In this document: positions 19,940-30,800 of the stretch, piece by piece
Layout: every line of letters starts with the position of its first letter
Position numbering within the stretch: position 1 is the stretch's first letter
Assembly: GCA_964534995.1 (NCBI GenBank)
Contig: CAZHSC010000005.1
Coordinates: 17,857-81,856, forward strand
Source: an uncultured Bifidobacterium sp.
GTDB lineage: Bacteria > Bacteroidota > Bacteroidia > AKYH767-A > OLB10
Direction of reading: 5' to 3'
DNA length: 64,000 bases
The notes under the pieces: generated by a model
Told to the model about the DNA's origin: nothing
Seen by the model: the letters and a program-made list of their open reading frames with translations, nothing else
Database searches by the model: none
Position numbers and translations under genes: made by a program

Positions 19940-20663
19940 CGATGAGGTGGGGGCTACGGAGCTACTAAAAGAACAACTCCATGCGCACTGTCCCGAAGTG
20001 GAAGTTTACGGTACCTGCAATGACTCCACCCGTGCCGCGGACATGCTGACGCGCATACAACCCGACCTTGTTTTTCTCGACATTGAAATGCCCAATCTCA
20101 ATGGATTTGAACTGTTGCAATCACTCACTGAAATTAATTTCCGTGTCATATTCGTTACTGCTTATAACCAGTTTGCCTTGCAGGCATTCAGGTATGCCGC
20201 TCTGGATTATCTTTTGAAACCCATTGTCAAAGCGGATTTGATACAGGCCGTTGACAGATACAAACAATTCAATGCACCTGTTAATCGCCAGCAAATGGAA
20301 TACCTTGGCGAGTGGTTACAAAACCAAAAGAACACCCGTCAACGTATCGGCTTAACCGTACGGGACGGAGTCCGCTTTGTTGAAATCAACTCCATTATAC
20401 GTTGTCAGGCCGAAGGCAATTATACCCGTATATTTTTTTCCGGATCCGGGGCCATGCTGGTGAGCCGCACCTTAGGTGATTTTGAAGATCAGTTAACCGT
20501 ACATGGTTTTATCCGCATCAGCCATTCACACCTTGTTCAACTGGCCGCCATTGAAAGATACAGTCGTGAAGACGGAGGCTATGTGGTAATGAAAGACGGG
20601 GTACATATCACCGTATCAAAAAATAAAAGGGAGTCCTTCCTGGCGATGATCCGGAAAATCTGA
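19917..20663 (+). CDS. LytR/AlgR-family response regulator (REC + LytTR)
   Basis: 248 aa. The REC domain has the phospho-acceptor context LVFLDIEMP, and the C-terminus is a LytTR DNA-binding domain. It overlaps the kinase gene by 23 nt. Confidence 0.9.
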   Translation: MIKALLIDDEVGATELLKEQLHAHCPEVEVYGTCNDSTRAADMLTRIQPDLVFLDIEMPNLNGFELLQSLTEINFRVIFVTAYNQFALQAFRYAALDYLLKPIVKADLIQAVDRYKQFNAPVNRQQMEYLGEWLQNQKNTRQRIGLTVRDGVRFVEINSIIRCQAEGNYTRIFFSGSGAMLVSRTLGDFEDQLTVHGFIRISHSHLVQLAAIERYSREDGGYVVMKDGVHITVSKNKRESFLAMIRKI

Positions 20664-20808
20664 GATTACCGCGGAGGAGGATATACATACATTACACAGG
20701 GTCCCTGGCTCTGAACTTGTATCTATTAATCCATCCGGCCCTTCCTCCGGGTTCCGCTATTTTTCAACAGCAGCGAATCCGCTTTCCATCAAAGATTATT
20801 TTTGCCGG

Positions 20809-22194
20809 ATGCAGGAAATGGGCGATGTGTTAAGTCTGTCGGAACTTTCGGCCATTGTAGCCGGTGTTTTCAGACAACATTTCAGCGGCCGGCGCTATTG
20901 GGTGAAATCTGAAATTGTCGGGCTCAAAATCAGCCGCGGGCATTGTTACCTGCAGCTTGCCGAGAAGGACGAAACCGGCAGTACCCCAAAAGCGGAATTC
21001 CGCGGCATTATCTGGGGCGGCACCTACGACCGTATCCATCCGCGTTTTATGAAAGCCACAGGTAGTCCGCTGCGCGAGCAAATGCAGGTGTTGTTCCAGG
21101 TAGAGGTGCAGTACCACGAACGCTACGGGATGAGCCTGGTGGTGCAGGACATTGATCCTGCCTTTACGCTGGGTCAGCTGGAGATGGAACGCAGGCAGAC
21201 GCTGGAGCGCCTGCGGAAAGAGGGCCTGCTGGAAAGGAACAAAGCGCTGGAGCTGCCGGTATCACTGCAGCGCATCGCCGTAATATCGGCTGAGGATTCG
21301 AGGGGTTTTGAAGATTTCCACACGCGGCTGACAACTAACGTGTATGGTTATACGTTTCACCTTACCCTCTATACCTCCCTGCTTCAGGGGGACCTGGCGG
21401 CGGGAGATATCCTGACCCGGCTGGCACGGATAAAAGATGAGATCCCGCGGAAACGTTTTGACGCGGTAGTCATCGTCCGCGGCGGCGGCGGCGCCTCCAG
21501 CCTGGAATGCTTCAACAATTACCTGCTGGCGGCAGGTATCGCCCGCTTTCCCCTGCCTGTGATTACGGGCATCGGGCACCAGGCCAATAAAAGCGTGGTG
21601 GATGAGGTGGCGCATACCGACCGGATGACGCCCACCGATGTTGCAAACTTTCTGATCGAACACCAGGCAGCCTTTGAAGGGACCACCGAATCCTACTGGC
21701 AGCAGATCCGTGAAATGGCCCTCGACATGCTCCTGTTCGAAAAAGAGAGTACCGCCACTGCCATTCACCGCCTGGAAAACACGGTACGCCTCGGCATCAG
21801 TCGCGAGGCGCGTGTGCTTGATCAATCTTCCTTCACCTTAAAGCATACCTTACAGCGAACACTCCTGGGCGGACGACATAGCCTGGAGCAGCTTCAGCAG
21901 CGGCTTAAAAAAGAAGCGCGGCTCTTTCTCCAGCTGGAAAACGCGGCGCTTGCAGAACACAGCACCAGCCTGCAAACCGCTACCGGCGCTCTGCTTCACC
22001 TGCGGGAACAGGGGCTCCTCAGCACGGAAGCGAAGGTGCGCCTGCTGGATCCTGTGGAAGTGCTGCGCAGGGGATACAGTTATACTTTACACCATGGCAA
22101 AGCCATCCGCTCACCCGGTGAAGTGAAAACGGGTGACACCATTACTACGGTTCTTCAGCACGGAGAACTGCTATCCACAGTAAAAAAAACATAA
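20809..22194 (+). CDS. xseA: Exodeoxyribonuclease VII large subunit
   Basis: 461 aa with an N-terminal OB-fold, a catalytic core (VVIVRGGGGASSLECFN) and a C-terminal helical region. It is followed immediately by xseB. Confidence 0.9.
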   Translation: MQEMGDVLSLSELSAIVAGVFRQHFSGRRYWVKSEIVGLKISRGHCYLQLAEKDETGSTPKAEFRGIIWGGTYDRIHPRFMKATGSPLREQMQVLFQVEVQYHERYGMSLVVQDIDPAFTLGQLEMERRQTLERLRKEGLLERNKALELPVSLQRIAVISAEDSRGFEDFHTRLTTNVYGYTFHLTLYTSLLQGDLAAGDILTRLARIKDEIPRKRFDAVVIVRGGGGASSLECFNNYLLAAGIARFPLPVITGIGHQANKSVVDEVAHTDRMTPTDVANFLIEHQAAFEGTTESYWQQIREMALDMLLFEKESTATAIHRLENTVRLGISREARVLDQSSFTLKHTLQRTLLGGRHSLEQLQQRLKKEARLFLQLENAALAEHSTSLQTATGALLHLREQGLLSTEAKVRLLDPVEVLRRGYSYTLHHGKAIRSPGEVKTGDTITTVLQHGELLSTVKKT

Positions 22195-22195
22195 C

Positions 22196-22399
22196 ATGGC
22201 CGAAAAATTCAGTTACGAAAAAGCAAAAGCCGAACTCGAAGAAATCCTCGATGAACTTGAACGTGGAGAAACCGGTATCGACACCCTCGCCAAACATGTA
22301 AAGAGAGCTGCTGAACTTATCCGCCAGTGCAGGGAGAAGCTACGCAATACCGAAAAGGAAGTGGACAATGTGCTGGGTGACCTGGATGAAAATCAGTGA
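22196..22399 (+). CDS. xseB: Exodeoxyribonuclease VII small subunit
   Basis: 67-aa helical protein (FSYEKAKAELEEILDELERGE) starting 1 nt after the xseA stop. Confidence 0.85.
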   Translation: MAEKFSYEKAKAELEEILDELERGETGIDTLAKHVKRAAELIRQCREKLRNTEKEVDNVLGDLDENQ

Positions 22400-22426
22400 G
22401 CCCGGAATCCTGTTAACGAAACTATA

Positions 22427-22891
22427 TTACCTGATCGGTGTGGCTTTGTACCTGGCCACTTCTGTCGGGCCGATAAAGAGGTGCAGATACTCCACAAATA
22501 CGCCACCCTGCTTTTTACGGCTCAGTTTATAGTTCGTCACCTTGTCCATCATTTCCAGATACTGATTTTCGAGTTTCATATCGGGGCAAGCCATCATCGT
22601 TACCGCCAGCTTATGCAGTTTGATCAGGTTTTCTTCGCCTGTGGTATACATTCCGTTACACTGGTTACAACCGGCGCTACCGCCAAAGCTGTTGCCGGCG
22701 CCTTCAAAGGTGATATAAATACCTTCTGTCCCTGCAGGCAATGACACTACTGCACCATTCAGCTCCGTCAATTCCCAGCGCTTATTTTCCAGCGCGGGAT
22801 CTTTACCGAAGGGTTTCTGCGCATTGTTTTTACAGGACAGGGCGCTTAACAGGAGGGAAAACAACAGGGCTATTACTACAAGTCTTTGCAT
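22427..22891 (-). CDS. META-domain (HslJ-like) lipoprotein
   Basis: 154 aa with lipobox SALSC, RWELTELNG and a GCNQCNGMY core typical of META domains. Confidence 0.75.
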   Translation of the reverse strand: MQRLVVIALLFSLLLSALSCKNNAQKPFGKDPALENKRWELTELNGAVVSLPAGTEGIYITFEGAGNSFGGSAGCNQCNGMYTTGEENLIKLHKLAVTMMACPDMKLENQYLEMMDKVTNYKLSRKKQGGVFVEYLHLFIGPTEVARYKATPIR

Positions 22892-23001
22892 GAGATAACG
22901 CTTAAAGGTTTCCGCAAATTTCGGAAAATAATACGTGATCTGCCGCCCTGAAAAAATATTTGCAAAGCCCTCTTCTTTTTAGTATTATTGAGCATTAAAA
23001 C

Positions 23002-23478
23002 ATGAATATGAGAAAGAACATACTGGTGCTCTTGTTAAGTTGCTGCAGCGTAACCCCCATGCTGGCACAGGTGGAAGGAGAGACCACTTCCATGGAATTG
23101 TCTTCGCAGCCGCGTTCCACCTACGTTGACCTGCTGAATGAACTCATGCAAAACCTATCGCCAAAAGCCTATGGTCCGGGCTGGGAGAAAGACTATCAGG
23201 CCTGGCTGAGCAGCGCCGAAAACAGGAACACCTACAAGCAATCCGGTTATATATTAGGTAAAATGGCCCTCCATATGAAACCCGAAAATTTTAAACCGGG
23301 TTGGGAAAGTCAAAGCGCTGACTGGAAAAAACAACTGTCCTCCTGCAGGGATAAAAATCAATTCGCCCTCCTTTTAAAGCGATTCGAAAGTATGCTGAAG
23401 CCCGTCGCTTTCATGCCATCGTGGGAGGCCAACAGAGCAGGCTGGGCGGCAGCTATTGAGAAAAAAATTATTGAATAA
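23002..23478 (+). CDS. Secreted hypothetical protein with three internal (P)xAFxPGWE-x5-W repeats
   Basis: 158 aa with a signal peptide. The three repeats are PKAYGPGWEKDYQAW, PENFKPGWESQSADW and PVAFMPSWEANRAGW. Confidence 0.5.
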   Translation: MNMRKNILVLLLSCCSVTPMLAQVEGETTSMELSSQPRSTYVDLLNELMQNLSPKAYGPGWEKDYQAWLSSAENRNTYKQSGYILGKMALHMKPENFKPGWESQSADWKKQLSSCRDKNQFALLLKRFESMLKPVAFMPSWEANRAGWAAAIEKKIIE

Positions 23479-23505
23479 ATATTAAAAATTTATAATATAT
23501 CCGTC

Positions 23506-23943
23506 ATGCTGGACCAACTTATCGCCCTCGTTACCGAACATGCCGGGGAGGCCATCATTAAAAATCCGGCCATCCCCGATGAAAAAAATGAAGCCGCCAT
23601 CACTGCCACGGCAAGTGGAATTTTTGAAGTGCTGAAAGGACAACTGGCAGGTGGTAAAACTGAACTGATCACCGGCATGTTTTCACAGTCCTCCGCTGAC
23701 CATCCCCTTTTCGGACAGATCGGCACTGCCGTGCAGCAACAATTGACCGGTAAATTCAATCTTTCTTCGCCGCAGGCGGCAGCGGTTGTCCGGCAAATGA
23801 TCCCTGTGGTTATGCAACACCTGGTTCGTAAAACCAATGATCCCAATGACAACAGTTTTACCATGGACGATATACTCTCTTCGCTGGGAGGAGATCAGGG
23901 CGGCGATTTGCTGAATACCGTAAAGGGATTTTTCGATAAATAA
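23506..23943 (+). CDS. Hypothetical protein (no family recognised)
   Basis: 145-aa ORF with no overlap to a better ORF other than an antisense shadow. Codon usage looks consistent with the neighbouring genes. Confidence 0.45.
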   Translation: MLDQLIALVTEHAGEAIIKNPAIPDEKNEAAITATASGIFEVLKGQLAGGKTELITGMFSQSSADHPLFGQIGTAVQQQLTGKFNLSSPQAAAVVRQMIPVVMQHLVRKTNDPNDNSFTMDDILSSLGGDQGGDLLNTVKGFFDK

Positions 23944-24065
23944 TTTCCGGCTGGTATCCGGCTACCAGCCATTCAAAAAATATCGACGTCAATGAGAATT
24001 ATTAGCTCATCATCGCAGACAATAAGTCTTAGTACCGGTTTTTCCCCGGTCCGCCAGGTTTATTT

Positions 24066-24425
24066 TCATTTTATGCTCTGTCCGAAAGTTAATAAATTGT
24101 TGTCAGGGTCGGATAAGGCAAACTCTTTCTGTCCCCAGGGTTTTGTTTCTAAAGATCCGTTTGGGTGAATTAAAATTTTATTGTCAATAAGTGTTTGATA
24201 AAGCTCGTCAATGTTATTTGTCCTGATATAAACCTGTCCGTAATTTTCTTTGGGGTCCAGATCTTTGAACTCAAAAAAATGAATTTGCACATTGTCCTTT
24301 TGAACCATCAAATATCCCTCAAAGTTATCATCTCCAAAAAGTTGAAACCCTAATTTGTTCAGGTAATAGTCTTTAGTTATTGCTTTATCACGCATTGGTA
24401 ACTTTGGATTTATTTCTGTCAGCAT
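24066..24425 (-). CDS. VOC-family protein (glyoxalase / bleomycin-resistance-like)
   Basis: 119 aa. It has YYLNKLGF at the N-terminus and WGQKEFALSDPDNNLLTFGQ at the C-terminus. Confidence 0.8.
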   Translation of the reverse strand: MLTEINPKLPMRDKAITKDYYLNKLGFQLFGDDNFEGYLMVQKDNVQIHFFEFKDLDPKENYGQVYIRTNNIDELYQTLIDNKILIHPNGSLETKPWGQKEFALSDPDNNLLTFGQSIK

Positions 24426-24673
24426 CTTTATTATGTCAATTTATTCTAATTAGAATACGATTTTCCAAATATTGGCAGATTTCGAGAGATTGATTCTACG
24501 GCCGTCAACCACCGCCGTATTTCAGTGTAAAATCATTACCCTTGTTAACTGTTAAACTATCTGTCAGAGGGATTGCCACTAACCAGGTCTCTGCGCGATG
24601 CCTGTCGGTATAATAAAAGGGTTCACAAGCCATGGTTTAATTTTCAGGAGGCCGGTAAAAATTTGAGCAGGTA

Positions 24674-25357
24674 TCAGTCGTTGGATGAGCTTTTCTTCTT
24701 CTTGTTTTCATCCTTGCCGAAAACCACGCCTACGCTGACATAGATGGAAGAATAGCGGGAGTCATAGTCAAAGTCATCCTTGTTATCAAAAGCTTCTGAA
24801 AGCCCGTAGCTGTATCCCGCTTCGAGCGTCACAAACCATATATCCAGGCCCAGGCCCGCGTCAATATTTACTGAACCCCCGTTGAAATCGCTTTCATCAA
24901 AATCTATTTTATCGTCTGCATTATCAATGCTCAGGATATAATCATAGGTAGGACCGGTATTGATTCTGATTTTAAAACCTTCTTTGTGCACCAGGTTAAA
25001 GCCAAGCAGACCTTTACACTTCAGGGAAGTTCGAACCAATTTATCTTCAAAATCAGTGGAAGACAGGGTATCGCCTTTCATTTTGGTAATGGTTACATTC
25101 CTGGCAAAGAAAACCCCGGGTTGAAAATAAAAGTCGGTGCCAATGCGTACATCCAGGCCTGCCATGGCTCCGACATCGGCTGAGAAATCCGCTTCAATTA
25201 CTTCACCAGTGGAACGGATTTTTTGCCGGTCGTCGGAAAGGTTCAAAAAGGTAAGTCCGCCTTGCGGGTTAAACTTCACCTGTGCCCCTGCGGTATAGGA
25301 CATCCAAAACATTATTCCTGTAAAAATAAAGCAGGAGAGAAGCCGGGAATTTTTCAT
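24674..25357 (-). CDS. Outer-membrane beta-barrel (porin-family) protein
   Basis: 227 aa with a signal peptide and alternating amphipathic beta-strand pattern. It has an unusual Lys/Ser-rich C-terminal tail. Confidence 0.65.
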   Translation of the reverse strand: MKNSRLLSCFIFTGIMFWMSYTAGAQVKFNPQGGLTFLNLSDDRQKIRSTGEVIEADFSADVGAMAGLDVRIGTDFYFQPGVFFARNVTITKMKGDTLSSTDFEDKLVRTSLKCKGLLGFNLVHKEGFKIRINTGPTYDYILSIDNADDKIDFDESDFNGGSVNIDAGLGLDIWFVTLEAGYSYGLSEAFDNKDDFDYDSRYSSIYVSVGVVFGKDENKKKKSSSND

Positions 25358-25552
25358 GATTCAGGGTTATAGGTATAAAGGTACATTTTAGACCGAAATA
25401 AATACTACTTTTAAAAAAATAACAAGCCGCCCTTTGATTTTAATATATTAATCTGCAACACCTTGAAGCGTCTTACCTGCGTCAGTTATTCCGGCCTTAA
25501 ACAAAACCGGGATTAAATTGTTTTCACAAACATACCATACCTATACCACATC

Positions 25553-26017
25553 ATGAGTTTCCTCCTCAGCATACTTGTCTTCATGGCCACCTTCTTCTTC
25601 ATGGAGTTTGTAGCCTGGTTTACCCACAAATACATCATGCATGGCTTGTTGTGGGTATTACACAAGGACCACCACCAGCCGGAGCCGGGATTTTTTGAAA
25701 AGAACGATTCTTTTTTCCTCATTTTCGCCATTCCGAGTACGATCCTGATCTGGATGGGTGTCATGAACGGCCATGACCTGCGCTTGTTTATCGGTCTGGG
25801 CATAGCGGCCTATGGACTCGCCTATTTCCTGGTGCACGATATTTTTATTCATCAGCGCTTTCGGCTTTTTCGCCGTACCAACAATATCTACATGCGCGCA
25901 CTTCGAAAAGCACATAAAGTGCACCACAAGCACCTCGGTAAAGAAGAAGGCGAATGCTTCGGGATGCTTCTCGTACCGATGAAATATTTATGGGAGGCGA
26001 AGAGGAGTTTGGAGTAG
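25553..26017 (+). CDS. crtZ: Beta-carotene hydroxylase (fatty-acid hydroxylase superfamily)
   Basis: 154 aa with histidine boxes HKYIMH, HKDHH, HDIFIH and HKVHHKH, plus TM helices. Confidence 0.8.
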   Translation: MSFLLSILVFMATFFFMEFVAWFTHKYIMHGLLWVLHKDHHQPEPGFFEKNDSFFLIFAIPSTILIWMGVMNGHDLRLFIGLGIAAYGLAYFLVHDIFIHQRFRLFRRTNNIYMRALRKAHKVHHKHLGKEEGECFGMLLVPMKYLWEAKRSLE

Positions 26018-26317
26018 AGTTGGGGATAAAACCTAAAAGGATTGAATTAAACCCATTTCTCCGTTTTATTTAATAGACCACTGAGATTTAATGGTTTATA
26101 GAACGGGAGCCATGCCCTTTTATTTTTCATTTTCAAAAAAATTTACGCACACCAGTTTATTCCCGATTAATTGCTGAATTAACACTAAAACCAAGGGTTG
26201 ACTGGTGTTTGTATTTTTATTACATTGGTGAGCAATTCTTTGTGGTGTTTCGTTTCAATTCATATTTGAATTAACGTTACCTATAAATTGGTTTATAAAC
26301 ACTGATCTCGCAATGTC

Positions 26318-27856
26318 ATGGAACATTGTAAACGCCAATCAACTGATGTTACAAATTATTTTTTCACTGTTACATCAGCGATTACTACTTATTTTACGGT
26401 GAGTTCAGCTGTTTTTATTCTTTCATTATTTTGCTTACTTCCTTTTTTTTATGTCATCAATACGGTGGAACGACGCAAAAGCATCCGGCATATTTTCACC
26501 TTTACCCTGCTTCTCTCATTATTTTTCTTTTCCTGGATAATCAATTCAGGAATACATTATACCGGTAACCATGTATACGCGGCCATCGGCGGATTTATAC
26601 TTTGTGTAGTGCTTTATTTACTTTCAATACTCCTTGTATTTATCCTCTTTTCGACAATACGAAGAACTGATAACAGAAAAGGGGGTGCCTTTGTACATGC
26701 AATTTCAATTGCCCTGGTATGGATGTGTATGGAAGAAGTGCGGTTATTATTGCTTAGCGGATTTCCATATCTCGACCTTCGAATCGGATATGCAATGGCT
26801 GATAATAATTTTACGATTCAGTGGGTTTCCGTTTTTGGAACCGGTATTCTGACTTTTTTCGTGATTTTCATCAATTGGTACCTTGCCGAAATCATTAGTA
26901 AAAGAAAGTTCTCATACGCTGATTTTACTTTGCCTGTTGTGTTTACATTATTTGTACCCGGTATTGGCTTTGCTTTCAAGAGAATTTTACATCCAACTTC
27001 CGATGAAGGAAACTTAAGTCGAATCGCTTTAATAACTCATAACCTCCCACCTGAAATTACATGGAGTCGCGACAGTGAACAAGAATTATCTGCGCTGTAT
27101 TTTAAACTTACCAGGGAGGCCATAGCTGCAAAGCCAGATTTGATTGTCTGGACGGAATCTGCGTTCCCATGGCAATACCAAAAGGGAGATTACTTGATAG
27201 GAAAAATAACAAGTGAAGGCCGTGAAGCGGGTATCGAGCAGTTACTGGGTGTAAACAGGCCGGTCGAAAATGAAACTGGAAGCATTTACAATTCCGCACT
27301 TCTGATTGATAAAAACGGATATGAGCAAACCTATGACAAACGCAGATTGCTGACCCTGATTGAATCCCCATTGTCCTTTGGAAAGGTAAACCTATTATTA
27401 CCCATGCTTGGCACATCCGGTATCCGGATTCATAAAGGAAGGGAGGAAAAAACCTTACTTACGGAAGCAGGTACTTTGGGTTTAAGAATCTGTAATGAAG
27501 CGATCTATCCTGTACAGATCCGTAATGGATTCAATCCGGAAATGCTATTAGTAATAGGCAATGACAGTTGGTTTGAAAATACCTACCTTCCATTTTTACA
27601 CTTGCTGATCTGCAGGCTGCGTGCGCTTGAAACCGGAAAAGACGTTATTGTAAACATAAGCCGGGGCTATACAGGTCTGGCATTACATGACGGGAGTTTT
27701 TCCGATCTCCATCATCAGAAAAATCCATCATTGACTTTCGTCATTGTAAGTCATCAAAAAAAATCACAGATTGCTGCTTATTATCCATATTGGTTTACTG
27801 TCACTGGGTTAATCTTTCTATCACTAATAATGATTGTAAAATCTAAATATTTTTAA
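26318..27856 (+). CDS. Lnt-family (apolipoprotein N-acyltransferase-like) membrane CN-hydrolase, divergent paralogue
   Basis: 512 aa with a multi-TM N-terminal half carrying an SGFPY motif. The CN-hydrolase domain has candidate E-K-C triad contexts VWTESAFPW, YDKRRLLTLIE and LRICNEAIYP, and there is a terminal TM helix. The gene is visibly AT-rich. Confidence 0.75.
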   Translation: MEHCKRQSTDVTNYFFTVTSAITTYFTVSSAVFILSLFCLLPFFYVINTVERRKSIRHIFTFTLLLSLFFFSWIINSGIHYTGNHVYAAIGGFILCVVLYLLSILLVFILFSTIRRTDNRKGGAFVHAISIALVWMCMEEVRLLLLSGFPYLDLRIGYAMADNNFTIQWVSVFGTGILTFFVIFINWYLAEIISKRKFSYADFTLPVVFTLFVPGIGFAFKRILHPTSDEGNLSRIALITHNLPPEITWSRDSEQELSALYFKLTREAIAAKPDLIVWTESAFPWQYQKGDYLIGKITSEGREAGIEQLLGVNRPVENETGSIYNSALLIDKNGYEQTYDKRRLLTLIESPLSFGKVNLLLPMLGTSGIRIHKGREEKTLLTEAGTLGLRICNEAIYPVQIRNGFNPEMLLVIGNDSWFENTYLPFLHLLICRLRALETGKDVIVNISRGYTGLALHDGSFSDLHHQKNPSLTFVIVSHQKKSQIAAYYPYWFTVTGLIFLSLIMIVKSKYF

Positions 27857-27858
27857 TC

Positions 27859-30800
27859 ATGAGAAATTATTACATAACCATTCTTGCAATCGTGTCCCTT
27901 TTATCACAACCTGAACTTACGCACGCTAACACCTGTTATTCGGCTTATACGCCATCTCCCACCGCTTCGCAACAAAATACCTGCAGTGGAAATACTGTAA
28001 CATTATATGCAAACGGTAATCTTAGAGATAATAGTTACTGGGCATGGTATAAAGATGGATGTGCATCAACCAGTGTTGGAACAGGCTGGAGTATTAATGT
28101 CGCTCCCACCACCACAACCACATATTATGTAAGGGGAGAAGGTGGATGCGCTCCCGGCCCAGGCCCCTGTGGGCAAATCACCATCAATGTGACTCCAGGT
28201 ATCAATGCGCCTGTTTCCAATGATGTATATCAGTGTCAACCAGATTCCGTAGTGCTGAGTGCCACGCCGACGGGCATTAACCAAACCGTAGACTGGTTTA
28301 ATGTGCCTTCAGGGGGGAGTCCTTTAACAGGAGGTTATGGGACAACAAATTTTACCACTCCCTATCTAACTACCTTTACGACTTTTTATACCCGAGCACG
28401 GGATACACTTACCGGATGTTATTCTGCAAACAGAACTGCTGTAACTGTTTATATTGGATCTGGGGTAAATAATACATGGATATCGAAAGCAAGTTTCCCT
28501 GGAACCGGCAGGTATGGTGGTGTATCCTTTGAAATTAATGGTAAAGCTTATACCGGAACAGGAATAAATTCAAATAACAGTAATACCGATGAATTCTGGG
28601 AGTATGATTTACATACAGACACATGGGCTCAAAAAGCCAATTTCGGAGGTGGCCCGCGTCATCATGGAGTGGGTTTTTCGATCGGAAACAAAGGATATCT
28701 AGGAACCGGTGAAAACGGGCCTACGTTAAGTGATTTTTGGGAATATAATCCCACTACAAATATTTGGATTCAAAAAGCCAATGTTCCTGGAAATAGCCGG
28801 GTCAGTGGTGTTGGATTCGCCAGCACGTCTAAAGGATATATAGGCCTGGGTAATAACGGGAATTACGGAGGAGTTCAGCAATGGTATAATGATTTTTGGG
28901 AGTATAATCCTCAAAGTGATTCCTGGATGAAAATGAATAATTTCCCCGGTACCACATTGGGAAGTCCGGTTTGTGGTGTCATCAATGATAAGGCCTATAT
29001 ATGTACAGGATATAACGGTAGTGCATACACTAACGGATTATGGGAATATAATATTACACTGAACTCCTGGACCGAGAAATCACCTTTGCCTTCGAATGCA
29101 CGTGGCGCTGCATTTGGTTTTTCTTTAGGTTCTAAGTTTTATCTGGGAGGAGGAACGCCTGATGGAGGGGTTACCTCCTATACAGATTTTTGGGAATATA
29201 ATCCATCTGTTTCATCGTGGACACAAAAACCGGATGTGGGTGGAACACCCAGATGTTATACCAATTACTTTTCAGGGAACGGCAAGGGTTATGTTCTTTC
29301 CGGTATTTCTTCAGGTGGGGTTAGCTATAATGAGTTATGGGAATATTCCCCGGTGCAGATGATTCAAACGCTGGATCCTTTAGTAAACAATTACTGTCCG
29401 GGAGCAGCTTTGCAAGTACCTTATAAAATTTCAGGAAATTTTGGGACCTGTTCATCCAATACCTTTACTGTTCAGCTAAGTGACGCTTCAGGTTATTTTA
29501 ACGCACCTGTTAACATTGGGTCAATAACGGCAAACACAGACAGTATCATCCCCTGTATTATTCCCACCGGAATTGCATCCGGCACCGCTTACAGGATAAG
29601 GGTGGTCAGCAGTTCTCCTGCTGTTAACGGTGCCGACAACGGAACTGACATCAATATCGGTACCAGTGTAAACTCCTGGAATCAAAAAGCAACTTTTCCG
29701 TCAACGGGCAGGATTGCACCTTCCGGTTTCGGTATCGGTAATTATGGTTACACGGGATTGGGATATGACGGCAGTAGTTTTAAAAACGACTGGTGGCAGT
29801 ACGACCCTGCAACAAATACCTGGACGCAGAAATCCGATTTCGGAGGCGCTCCCCGTGGTTACGCAGCTTCATTTGTGATCAACGGAAAGGGATATGTTGG
29901 AACCGGTTTACTGTCCTTTTCCGGAACCGATGCGGTGGACTTCTGGGAGTATGATCCGATCAGTAACCAATGGAACCAGCGAGCGAATTTTCCCGGCATA
30001 GCACGTGATGATGCGACAGGATTTACGATAGGAGCCAAAGGTTATGTTTTCGGAGGTGTGAATTCGCCGAGTTCCGTACCTTATAATGACCTTTATGAAT
30101 ACGATCCTGCGAGCAATACCTGGATCACCAAAGTTTCGTTGCCGGCAGTTGCAAGAGGCGGTGCCATCGGCTTTGGCATCAATGGGCTGGGATATGTCGG
30201 ACTTGGAGCGGACGGAAGTTCAAATTATCCCAATGACTTTTGGGCATATAATCCACAGACAAATACCTGGGCTGCAAAGGCAGGTTTTCCCGGCCCGTCA
30301 CGGCGTGAGGCTTCTTCCCTGTCAATCGGCCAGTTCGGTTATGTAAGTTGTGGCTTGAACGGAAGTACCCTCTACAAAGATTTATGGCAATACAATCCTG
30401 TATCTAACGCATGGTCACAGAAGGCGGCATTGCCGGCTCAGGCCAGAAAACTAGCTGCCTGCTTCAATGTGCAAAACACGATTTACCTTGGATTAGGAGC
30501 AACCTCCACCTCCTTGCTAAATGATATGTGGGCTTACAATGCGCAACCTGAAATAAAAACCTTGCCACTCGCCAGTATTCAGTATTGCGCCGGAGACACA
30601 TTTACTATTGGTTTTACCGCAGAAGGAACATTTGGGCAGTGCTCCACTAACACATTTATCGCCCAGTTGAGTGATGCCTATGGATATTTCAGTAATCCGG
30701 TACAGATAGGAAGTATAAACGGGACTACCGGGGGTACCATCGCATGTTCCCTTCCGGCTGGCATAAATCCTGGTCTCAAATACAGGGTCAGGGTTATCAG

